Assembly (NCBI GenBank): GCA_963664825.1
Contig: OY761614.1
Span: forward strand, 2,752,001 to 2,816,000
Source: an uncultured Holophaga sp.
GTDB lineage: Bacteria; Acidobacteriota; Holophagae; Holophagales; Holophagaceae
Reading direction: 5' to 3'
DNA length: 64,000 nucleotides
In this document: piece after piece, positions 40,202 through 48,093 of the stretch
Numbering within the stretch: position 1 is the stretch's first letter
Layout: every line of letters begins with the position of its first letter
Position numbers and translations under genes: made by a program
The notes under the pieces: model-generated
What the model was told of the DNA's origin: nothing
What the model saw: the letters and a program-made list of their open reading frames with translations, nothing else
Databases searched by the model: none

Positions 40202-40359
40202 ATAAAAGCTTCCCCCCATATCTGCCCAGTCTTGGCGGACGACAGAAGTGGGGGGGACCGAGCAGCACACCAAAGCACTAGCACCGGCTCCCCAATGATG
40301 GGCCAAGGGAACACCCGGTGCAACCTTCACGGCCCATCATCGCGGAAGGAATACCATCA

Positions 40360-40584
40360 ATGAAACCTCTCACCCCCAACATCCCGGCCCTGCCGACCCC
40401 GCAGGACTACCTGACCAGTCGTGAACTGGGCCTTCAATACCGCATGTCCTGAGCCTACCTGAGCATGATGAGGTGCCGTGGCGAAGGCCCCCGCTTCATG
40501 CGTCTTGGAGTGCGGAAGGTGCTCTACCTCCGTGCGGATGTGGAAGCCTGGATCCAGGCCCACGCGGTCGAAACGGCGAGCTAG
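40360..40584 (+). pseudogene. AlpA/excisionase-like HTH protein with in-frame TGA at 40450-40452
   Basis: My translation (absent from the ORF track): MKPLTPNIPALPTPQDYLTSRELGLQYRMS*AYLSMMRCRGEGPRFMRLGVRKVLYLRADVEAWIQAHAVETAS*; AAGGA RBS. Confidence 0.85.
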
Positions 40585-40597
40585 GGGGATCACGACA

Positions 40598-41023
40598 ATG
40601 ACGACCACGAATAGCAAGACCACGCCGAAGGCCTGCCCGGAATTGAACACCATCACCCAAGGGGCCAGAAAGGGACTGCCCCTCTCCCGTCCTTGGGATG
40701 GGATCGGGATCAATACCTTCAGCCGAACCCATAGGAAGGTTCCAGCGCCTCAGACCTGCATCATTCCCGAACTCTGGGAAGCCGGAGAGGAACACTCGGT
40801 GATCTTGGCAGGTGACCGCGGTTCCCTTCCAGGGTGGCTCTTCGTCCCTGGTGACACGCTGCTTGACGGCTCTCCCGCCGTGCTTCTACTCCCGCGCCGA
40901 GCGACCCGAGCAACCCAGCGTGAAGCCCTCTTTGCGATCCGAGATTTCTACCACGCTCAGAACCTCATGGAGCGAAGACGCCAGAAAGCGGAACTGCTCG
41001 ACGTTGAAGTTGACCCGGGCTGA
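40598..41023 (+). CDS. Hypothetical protein (mobile element)
   Basis: ORF with GGGGGA RBS, co-oriented within the element operon. Confidence 0.5.
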   Translation: MTTTNSKTTPKACPELNTITQGARKGLPLSRPWDGIGINTFSRTHRKVPAPQTCIIPELWEAGEEHSVILAGDRGSLPGWLFVPGDTLLDGSPAVLLLPRRATRATQREALFAIRDFYHAQNLMERRRQKAELLDVEVDPG

Positions 41024-41072
41024 GAAGCACACGCATTCAATCGAAATCAATCATCCAATCGGAGAGATACCA

Positions 41073-41369
41073 ATGAAGACCATCACCGCTTACCGCTGCG
41101 AACACTGTGCCCCTGGACACGGCAGGCCCTATGCCTCCGCAAGCTCCTGCAAGGCCCATGAGGCCCGGTGTCATGACAACCCGGCCTCCCACTCCTGCGC
41201 TACCTGCCGGTTTAAGGCACAGCGTGATGTCGGTGCCCCGGCCGCATTCCAAAAGGAATACCCGGGCGCGACGACGCTGGAATACTTCTGCCAGGCCAAG
41301 AAGCCCGGAAAGTGCCTCACCACGCTTTGCCCGTCCTGGAAGCTGCGAGTGGATGAGGTCTCGGAATGA
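41073..41369 (+). CDS. Cys/His-rich putative zinc-binding protein
   Basis: YRCEHC...C..HE..C..NP...CATC; GGAG RBS; stop overlaps the next ATG. Confidence 0.65.
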   Translation: MKTITAYRCEHCAPGHGRPYASASSCKAHEARCHDNPASHSCATCRFKAQRDVGAPAAFQKEYPGATTLEYFCQAKKPGKCLTTLCPSWKLRVDEVSE

Positions 41370-42310
41370 GGGACCTTCCAATCAGTTCAATCCGCATGGA
41401 TGGAGGCACTCAAACCCGCGCCGCCTTGGATTCAACGACCTGTGCTGAATACGCCGATGCGATGAAGGCCGGGGCCATCTTCCCGCCCGTCACCGTGTTC
41501 CATGACGGCACCGATTACTGGCTTGCCGACGGCTTCCATCGTGTGGAAGGGGCCCGCCTAGCAGGGCTCCAGGACATCCCCGCCGAGATCCGGCAGGGAA
41601 CCCAGCGCGATGCCCGTCTCTTCGCCGTGGGGGCCAATCAGACCCATGGCTTGCGCCGGACCAATGCCGACAAGCGCCGCGCCGCCTCCGCCCTCCTCGA
41701 TGACCCCGAGTGGAGCCAATGGTCAGACCGGGAGATTGCCCGCCGATGCGGAGTCTCCAATCAATTTGTCTCAAACATGCGATCCGAGCGGGTGTCAACC
41801 GTTGACACCCCGAGGGTGTCATCCAATGACACTCCCGAGGTGGCCACGGTTGAAGCCTGGATCCCTGCCCCCAACTTTGGGGCGCATGGAAAGTGCGCGG
41901 TGGATGGGGTGCGATGGGACGCCTTCATCATGCCCTCAGAATCTTTCGAGTCATCGTCCCGTAGGAATGTGGATGGAAACGACTACCTGTATGTCGTGGT
42001 GACGAAGATTGCCCCCAGCGGAGCAGGTGAAGTCATGGGCACGAAGAGGCCGATCCATAGGAACTTCGTCACTCGAGGGCTTAAAGAAGAGTCCTTCCCC
42101 CTCGCGGAGGCTGCATGGGATCAATTCCCCGTGTCCGACGAACCCGATGGTGAGGAATTGACCTTCGAGAAGCGCTGGTCATGGCCTCACCTGGTTTTTG
42201 AAACCCATCGGGATTGGATGGATCAAGAGCGTTGGTGGACGCTACCCCATGACGACCCGGCCTATCTGGACGCAATCAAGGCTCGAACGCTTTCAGGAGC
42301 GCCGGAATGA
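41366..42310 (+). CDS. ParB N-terminal-like domain + HTH protein
   Basis: GGTQTR, FPPVTVF, LADGFHRV, AN..HGL.RT.ADKR, WSDREIARRCGVS. Confidence 0.8.
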   Translation: MRDLPISSIRMDGGTQTRAALDSTTCAEYADAMKAGAIFPPVTVFHDGTDYWLADGFHRVEGARLAGLQDIPAEIRQGTQRDARLFAVGANQTHGLRRTNADKRRAASALLDDPEWSQWSDREIARRCGVSNQFVSNMRSERVSTVDTPRVSSNDTPEVATVEAWIPAPNFGAHGKCAVDGVRWDAFIMPSESFESSSRRNVDGNDYLYVVVTKIAPSGAGEVMGTKRPIHRNFVTRGLKEESFPLAEAAWDQFPVSDEPDGEELTFEKRWSWPHLVFETHRDWMDQERWWTLPHDDPAYLDAIKARTLSGAPE

Positions 42311-42519
42311 GCGGATCCAGACTTCTTCTTCAGCCCGCCGTCTGGCCACACCTCGCGCTCAATCCCGAGCCCTTCGGCACCTCCATGGACCCGGATTCCA
42401 TCGAACGCTGGTATCAGGAGATCCTGCACATGGAGCCCGAACCCGCCCCCTGTCACCTCCCGAAGCCGCAACCCGTTCGCCGCTCGGGAGGTGGCCACTA
42501 CTTTCAGCGGAGGCGGTGA
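42307..42519 (+). CDS. Hypothetical protein
   Basis: Translationally coupled on both sides (ATGA, TGATG). Confidence 0.45.
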   Translation: MSGSRLLLQPAVWPHLALNPEPFGTSMDPDSIERWYQEILHMEPEPAPCHLPKPQPVRRSGGGHYFQRRR

Positions 42520-43598
42520 TGGCGAGACGACCTAGCTTCCAGTTTTACCCTGGCGATTACGCAGCCAATACCAACTTGCGCCGCTGCACCCATGAGGAGA
42601 AGGGGGTCAACATGGACTTCCTTTGTCTCGCACATGACAGCGATGAATACGGGATTGTGCGCTGGCCCTTGAAGGAACTGGCCCAGGCCATCGGCTGCAA
42701 GGCATCAATCCTTGTCGCTCTCGTGAACAAGAACGTCATCAAGGGAGCCGACGAAGGGACGATGTGTGATGTCTTCGTGTTCACCCCTTGCCATGCGGGG
42801 CAGCGTGGGCTTCCTGTGGAGCTGATACCAGAGCAGCCGGGACCACTCTGGTATTCCAGTCGCATGGTGCGAGACGAATACGTGAGGCAGAACCGAGGGA
42901 AGGCCAGCCGGTTTATCAGTGAAGGTGGACAACCCCCCGATGACTCACCCAACCCGTCACCAATGCCCCCACCAATGCCCCCCTTTGGAGACGGCTCTTC
43001 ATCTTCATCTTCATCTTCATCTTCATCTTTTAATCCTTTGCTTCGCTCGGATTCTGCCCCCAGCCAGGGAGGGGAAAATCATGGGTCGAACCCCGATCCC
43101 GTGCTCCTGGCTCTTCTCTGGTTTGCGAAGGTGGCAGACGCCCGCCGTCAAGTTGAGAGCCTGGACCGTTCCAAAGTGGTCCAGGCCGCATTCGCCCTTG
43201 CGGATCGCGGGGATGAGGTATGGCCTGAAGTGTTCTTGAACTCAGTCACAGTGACACTTCCCGGTAATACCGCCGTTGAAATTACAGCGCGCTACCAGAA
43301 GGCCGTAGCCGGTGAACAGGTCGCCATTCTCGAACAGGCTGAAGATGCCCTTGCGGAAGTGAAGACCATCATTGGTTGTGCCGAACTCTCGTTATCGGTT
43401 GCGTTCAATCGGGTGGGACTCGGAAGCGACTGGAAGCAGGTTCGAACCGCCGACATCGTGAAGGCTTGGCCCCAGGCCACGAAGGCTTCGTTCATCGCCG
43501 CCAATGGCGAGGAAGCCTATACCGCGCTCTTGCAGGGCAGGCTTGGCCTTGAAGCCGCATTGGGCCTGTTCCGGCCCGGACTCGTGAAGGAGAACTAG
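42519..43598 (+). CDS. Phage-type replication initiator (YdaU/DUF1376-like N-terminus)
   Basis: RPSFQFYPGDY...EKG..MD.LC, YSSRMVRD, Pro/Ser linker. Confidence 0.7.
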   Translation: MARRPSFQFYPGDYAANTNLRRCTHEEKGVNMDFLCLAHDSDEYGIVRWPLKELAQAIGCKASILVALVNKNVIKGADEGTMCDVFVFTPCHAGQRGLPVELIPEQPGPLWYSSRMVRDEYVRQNRGKASRFISEGGQPPDDSPNPSPMPPPMPPFGDGSSSSSSSSSSSFNPLLRSDSAPSQGGENHGSNPDPVLLALLWFAKVADARRQVESLDRSKVVQAAFALADRGDEVWPEVFLNSVTVTLPGNTAVEITARYQKAVAGEQVAILEQAEDALAEVKTIIGCAELSLSVAFNRVGLGSDWKQVRTADIVKAWPQATKASFIAANGEEAYTALLQGRLGLEAALGLFRPGLVKEN

Positions 43599-43600
43599 CC

Positions 43601-43894
43601 ATGGCCATTGACTGGGAAAATGCCAAGACAGTCTACCGGAAAGACACCGGTGAAGCGTGTTCCTTGCCTGAGAGTGAATTCAATAAGCTTCGGGATATGC
43701 CTTGGCTGTACTCGAACGGCCTGCTTTCAATCCATCCGGTGAAAAATCCGCCGAAGAAGGCCCCTCATAGCTGGATTCCGAAATTGGATGACTCGCCCAA
43801 GGCCCCACAGGTCAAAACGGAACCCGAGAACCCGCTCGACCCCCCGCCCATGGACCCGAAGCCAGGTGCCGACTGGAAAGACTTGGTGGGCTGA
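43601..43894 (+). CDS. Hypothetical protein
   Basis: AAGGAG RBS, co-oriented. Confidence 0.5.
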   Translation: MAIDWENAKTVYRKDTGEACSLPESEFNKLRDMPWLYSNGLLSIHPVKNPPKKAPHSWIPKLDDSPKAPQVKTEPENPLDPPPMDPKPGADWKDLVG

Positions 43895-43899
43895 TTCGC

Positions 43900-44148
43900 A
43901 TGAGCCGCCGCGCCTGGGCCTTCGCATCCACCACACCGCCGCCCCGCTTCGTCCTGGTGCCCTCGTTTAATGACGGGACACCAGAGGCACAGGCAGAACT
44001 TAGCGCCTTCCTGGAGGCTCACCAGGGAGCCCAGGTGCTGGTTTGCCGAAGGGTGGACGGGCGCATCAATCGAGAAAAGAGGAACCCATGGCGTCACTGC
44101 CCGGAGGGATACGGGTTTAGGGCTTGCATCATGTGTGACAATCTCTGA
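43900..44148 (+). CDS. Hypothetical protein
   Basis: Co-oriented short ORF. Confidence 0.35.
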   Translation: MSRRAWAFASTTPPPRFVLVPSFNDGTPEAQAELSAFLEAHQGAQVLVCRRVDGRINREKRNPWRHCPEGYGFRACIMCDNL

Positions 44149-44185
44149 TAGCCAACCTGCCTAACATGGATCTGGAGGAGCATCC

Positions 44186-44635
44186 GTGACCGCCCCCAAG
44201 TATCAAGTGCAAGACGTTGCTAAGTATTTCCTCGCTTTGGTTGATCGTGAGGTGGACGCAATCGACCACCTCAAGCTTCAGAAACTGTGCTATTACGCCC
44301 AAGGCTTTCACCTTGCCTTGACTGATGCTCCTCTTTTCCCAGAGGCCATCGAGGCTTGGCCTCATGGTCCCGTGTGCCCCGATCTCTATCATCAATTCAA
44401 AGAATATGGGCGGGGGCCAATCCCGGAGGATCCTGATTTTGACACGTCTCTCTTTGATGACACCGCTAAGTCAATCATCGAGGAGGTTTACGATGTGTAT
44501 GGGCAGTACACCGGGTGGAAGCTCCGGAACATCACCCACGCAGAGCCTACCTGGAAGTCTGCAATTGCTCGGGATAACAAAACAATTACCTTCGAAGAGA
44601 TGGCGACATTTTTTAAGACCCAAATTGAAGCGTAA
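44186..44635 (+). CDS. Panacea (DUF4065/SocA-like) antitoxin
   Basis: VAKYFL, LKLQKLCYYAQG, IEAWPHGPV, LRNITHAEPTW; GGAGG RBS. Confidence 0.92.
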   Translation: MTAPKYQVQDVAKYFLALVDREVDAIDHLKLQKLCYYAQGFHLALTDAPLFPEAIEAWPHGPVCPDLYHQFKEYGRGPIPEDPDFDTSLFDDTAKSIIEEVYDVYGQYTGWKLRNITHAEPTWKSAIARDNKTITFEEMATFFKTQIEA

Positions 44636-45042
44636 TGAACCAAATTAAGCGCCCCAAATCCAACGACGGTCAACGGATCAAAAGCCCTACCATAGGAGTC
44701 TCATCGGACGATCAAAAGCCTGCGTTTTCTCTTGAGCACATGGTCTCGGGTCGGTGCCTCAGAGACTGTATAAAAGACGAAAAAGCCGCTTTTGCAATGG
44801 CCCTTCTGGAAAGAAGTTCAAGCACATGGAAGGAGTTGCGCATGGCACCCCGTCACGGGTTGGGGTACGAGCGCATTGAGAAAAATGCAATAAAGTGTGG
44901 GATCCCCTCGGTGGTCCCAGACGACACAGACCTCATCGCCTTTCGTTTTGCAGGGAACGCGCCGATGGTCGGCTATAGGAAAGAACGGACGTTTTTCATT
45001 CTATGGCTGGACCGTGACTTTACGCTCTACGACCACGAATAG
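44635..45042 (+). CDS. Putative toxin partner of the Panacea antitoxin (possibly RelE-like fold)
   Basis: TAATG coupling to the DUF4065 gene; RHGLGYE, IAFRF...MVGYR...FFILWLD...LYDH pattern. Confidence 0.65.
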   Translation: MNQIKRPKSNDGQRIKSPTIGVSSDDQKPAFSLEHMVSGRCLRDCIKDEKAAFAMALLERSSSTWKELRMAPRHGLGYERIEKNAIKCGIPSVVPDDTDLIAFRFAGNAPMVGYRKERTFFILWLDRDFTLYDHE

Positions 45043-45083
45043 GAAGTGATGGGGGCGGATGAAATTCCGGTCACCAATAGGCA

Positions 45084-45108
45084 GAGGCCCCCAGTGATGG
45101 GGGCTTTG
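45084..45108 (+). terminator. Hairpin after the TA operon
   Basis: AGAGGCCCCCA-GTGA-TGGGGGCTTT. Confidence 0.55.
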
Positions 45109-45278
45109 TCGTGCTGGGAGTTCTCCCCAAATTCGGAAGAAACCTTGCCCCTGGAACTTCTGCTCATTTTTGAGAAAAAGCCCATGCGCGCGCGGGGACG
45201 GCAAAGGACGGATAATCCGGCCTTTGAACCCGCACCGCCGTGGTGTTCCCAAATGTGGGATATTCCCACATTTGATCC

Positions 45279-45583
45279 GTGAGCCCCCTCGCCTATGCGT
45301 TCTCCCGGCAGGCGGATCGTCGGAATACCACCGATGCCGACATCATGCGGGCGGTGGGGGTCATCGATAACCGGAAGAGCCGGACGGACAACCTGAAGCA
45401 CGGCCAAGAAACCCCCGATACGCCATGTGGCGTATCGGGAAACCCCGCACCACCATTGGATCTACAAAACCAGGCATCGGCCAAAAAACCCCGCTCCAGC
45501 TCCCAGACCGCCAAGATTATCGGGGTATCCGAGCGCAAGGTGGAGCGGGTTCGGACAATCGCGGATCGTGCGCTATTTGAAGC
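45279..45583 (+). pseudogene. Fragment of a ParB/KorB-like HTH gene that runs into the repeat array
   Basis: AYA..RQ.DRRN.T..., TAKIIGVSERKVERVRTI HTH; no N-terminal domain; frame continues without a stop into repeat 1. Confidence 0.55.
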
Positions 45584-45856
45584 CCTTCGCCCGCGCGCGC
45601 GGGGATGGTCCGACCTGCATCGCGCCCCGCTACGGATCCTGGTTCCTTCGCCCGCGCGCGCGGGGATGGTCCGTCTGAGCCCACCCGGGAAGCAACCCCA
45701 GGACCCCTTCGCCCGCGCGCGCGGGGATGGTCCCCAGGAGTTCCATCATTTGAAATGACGGAACCCCTCCTCTCCCCTCGCCCGCGGGGATAGGGGGATA
45801 ACATCCGTAGTTTGGATGTCATCGGTAGGCCTCTCTCCGCGCGCGGGGATGCTGGG
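45584..45856 (+). CRISPR. Cas-less type I-E-like CRISPR mini-array: 3 conserved + 2 degenerate repeats, 4 spacers
   Basis: 29-nt repeat CCTTCGCCCGCGCGCGCGGGGATGGTCC(G/C) at 45584, 45645, 45706 (61-nt period, 32-nt unique spacers); degenerate copies at 45769 and 45830. Confidence 0.9.
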
Positions 45857-45917
45857 TGCTCACCGAATCCGGGGACCTCAAAACCAGCCTGCCTGAAAGT
45901 GGAATGGAAGTGGAACC

Positions 45918-45948
45918 AAAACAAAACAGCCACCCGGGCGGTGGCTGT
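45918..45948 (-). terminator. Element-supplied intrinsic terminator for tRNA-Thr
   Basis: ACAGCCACC-CGGGC-GGTGGCTGT with a T-tract on the minus strand. Confidence 0.7.
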
Positions 45949-45962
45949 AAGTGTTGTAATGA

Positions 45963-46038
45963 TGGAGCCAACTATAGGATTCGAACCTACGACCTGCTGA
46001 TTACGAATCAGCTGCTCTACCAACTGAGCTAAGTTGGC
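45963..46038 (-). tRNA. tRNA-Thr (anticodon CGT)
   Basis: GCCAACTTAGCTCAGTTGGTAGAGCAGCTGATTCGTAATCAGCAGGTCGTAGGTTCGAATCCTATAGTTGGCTCCA: 76-nt cloverleaf with encoded CCA. Confidence 0.97.
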
Positions 46039-46225
46039 CCGGACGAGCCAGTGTGCCAGAAGAGTCACCCGGGCTCAAGGGGTGAGTGATCGGGGCCTCG
46101 AAGGGGGCTCGAGAGGAATGCGCTCTCAGAGAGGGCTCCTTGTGACCTCTCGTCACGAAGTCTATACGTGCCTGTCACGAGGTGGTGCTAGGCTTCGTCC
46201 CATCACCACTTCAATGGGGAGTCCC

Positions 46226-47554
46226 ATGGTCGCATCCGCCAAGAAGGTCTTCGTCCTGGACACCAATGTCCTGCTTCATGATCCCCAGGCGATCTTTCAC
46301 TTCCAGGAGCACGACATCGTGATCCCCATCGTCGTGATCGAGGAAATCGATACCTTCAAGAAGGACCAGACCGAGATCGGACGGAACGCCCGCTCCGTTT
46401 CCCGGCAGTTGGACAAACTGAGGGCCCTCGGCACCCTCAGTCAGGGTGTGACCCTGGAAGGGGGTGGGATCCTGAAGGTGGATGTAACGCCCTATCGCCA
46501 GGATCTGGGTTTCTCCACCCTGGACAAGCACAAGGCGGATAACCAGATCTTGGCCTGCGCCATGGCCCTGCTCAAGGAACGCAAGGAGAAGGTGATACTG
46601 GTCAGCAAGGATACGAACGTGCGCATCAAGGCCGATGCTGCGGGGCTGTTGGCCGATGACTACAACACGGACCGGGTGGAGATGGACGGGCTCTATACGG
46701 GCACGGCCCAGTGGGATGTGGAAGGGGTTCAGATCGATCTCGTCTATGAAGGTGGTTTGGTGCCCGATGAGGCACACCCCCTCCATCCCAATCAGTTCGT
46801 CACGCTGGTGGATCGCGCCAATGACAGCCATACGGCCGTGGGGCGCTTCTACGCCGCCGATAACCGCATCCATCCCCTCAAGCGCACGGAACAGCCGCCC
46901 TGGGGCATCAAGGCCCGGAATCGGGAGCAGCAGTTCGCCCTGGAACTCCTCCTGGATGATTCGATCCAGGTCGTCACCCTGCTGGGCAAGGCAGGCACCG
47001 GCAAGACTCTGCTCGCCATCGCCGCGGGCCTGCAACAAGTGGTGGACGACGAACGCTACAACAAGCTCCTGGTGAGCCGTCCCGTGATGCCCATGGGCCG
47101 CGACCTGGGCTTCCTCCCCGGGGATATTGAGGAGAAGCTCCGGCCCTACATGCAGCCCATCTACGACAACCTGGATTTCATCGTGTCGGCCAATACCGAG
47201 ATGAGGCGGCGTTCCACCATGACCGTGGGCCAGCTGGAGGAAGGCGGCTATCTCAGCGTCGAGCCCCTGACCTATATCCGCGGCCGCAGCATCCCGAATC
47301 AGTATCTCATCGTAGACGAGGCCCAGAACCTGACGCCCCATGAGATCAAGACCATCCTCACCCGGGCCGGGGAGGGCACGAAGATCGTGCTCACCGGTGA
47401 CCCTCACCAGATCGACAACCCCTATGTGGATGCCAGCACCAACGGCCTCAGCTACCTAGCCGAGCACTTCAAACACCTAGCCCTCTCGGGCCATGTGACC
47501 CTGACCAAGGGCGAACGCTCCCCCATGGCCGAACTGGCCAGCAATCTCCTCTGA
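46226..47554 (+). CDS. PIN-PhoH family protein (PhoH2/YlaK-like)
   Basis: VLDTNVLLHDP PIN domain, GKAGTGKT, YIRGRS, DEAQN, GDPHQID, ERS. Confidence 0.92.
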   Translation: MVASAKKVFVLDTNVLLHDPQAIFHFQEHDIVIPIVVIEEIDTFKKDQTEIGRNARSVSRQLDKLRALGTLSQGVTLEGGGILKVDVTPYRQDLGFSTLDKHKADNQILACAMALLKERKEKVILVSKDTNVRIKADAAGLLADDYNTDRVEMDGLYTGTAQWDVEGVQIDLVYEGGLVPDEAHPLHPNQFVTLVDRANDSHTAVGRFYAADNRIHPLKRTEQPPWGIKARNREQQFALELLLDDSIQVVTLLGKAGTGKTLLAIAAGLQQVVDDERYNKLLVSRPVMPMGRDLGFLPGDIEEKLRPYMQPIYDNLDFIVSANTEMRRRSTMTVGQLEEGGYLSVEPLTYIRGRSIPNQYLIVDEAQNLTPHEIKTILTRAGEGTKIVLTGDPHQIDNPYVDASTNGLSYLAEHFKHLALSGHVTLTKGERSPMAELASNLL

Positions 47555-47566
47555 GGGAAGGGTTTC

Positions 47567-48061
47567 ATGGGTGATGGCAGCTGGGATAACTCCGGGGTTC
47601 CCCTTTCCAAGAAGGGGATGCCCCTCTGGGGCAAGATCCTCACGGGCTGTGGGCTGGTCCTCCTGCTGCTCCTGGGGAGTTGCGTGGGACTGGCCTGTTG
47701 GGGCATTCACAGGGTTGGAAGCCTGGCCGACAAGACCTGGGGCGAGATGGACAGGTCTGTGCGCGGCCTGAAGACTCCGGAAGGCGCCCGGGACCTCTAC
47801 CGGGCCAATCCAGGCCTAGCCGAGAACTACCCGACCGAGGAGGATTTCCTCAAGGCTGCCGAAGGGTGGCGGTCCAATCTGGGGGAATTTCCCTCTCGGC
47901 GACCGAATCTCCGCGACCTGATGCAGGAGCAGAAGGTGGGGGGGCATTTCACGGTCAGCACCCAGAATCACACCACTCGGATCGAGTACCAGATTCCCAA
48001 GGGGGGGCGGCTCTACCTCCAAATGGAGTCGGAGCGACTGGTGGATCTTCGAGTGGAGTAG
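47567..48061 (+). CDS. Hypothetical membrane-anchored protein
   Basis: N-terminal TM helix ([17 protein letters not shown]). Confidence 0.6.
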   Translation: MGDGSWDNSGVPLSKKGMPLWGKILTGCGLVLLLLLGSCVGLACWGIHRVGSLADKTWGEMDRSVRGLKTPEGARDLYRANPGLAENYPTEEDFLKAAEGWRSNLGEFPSRRPNLRDLMQEQKVGGHFTVSTQNHTTRIEYQIPKGGRLYLQMESERLVDLRVE

Positions 48062-48093
48062 CAAGGCGGGCCATTTTCAGCGAAGATGCTCAC

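Larger units (their letters stand above)
38051..46011. mobile_element. ~7.9 kb tRNA-Thr-integrated element (phage satellite / integrative element-like)
   Basis: 49-bp flanking direct repeats, tyrosine integrase, xis/AlpA-like gene, ParB-like protein, replication initiator, TA pair; no recognisable capsid, tail or conjugation genes. Confidence 0.9.

Noticed and set aside
42996..43029. (TCTTCA)n as a phase-variation tract
   Set aside because: The 6-bp unit keeps the frame and encodes a poly-Ser linker; no on/off switching
38261..45042. cas, reverse transcriptase or capsid genes in the element
   Set aside because: No Cas1/3/5/6/7, YxDD RT, terminase or capsid motifs recognised; the small hypothetical ORFs remain unassigned without an HMM or structure search
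45517..46068. ORFs spanning the repeats and tRNA (45517-46068, 45605-45793, 45812-46000)
   Set aside because: Translations simply reflect repeat (RARG) and tRNA sequence
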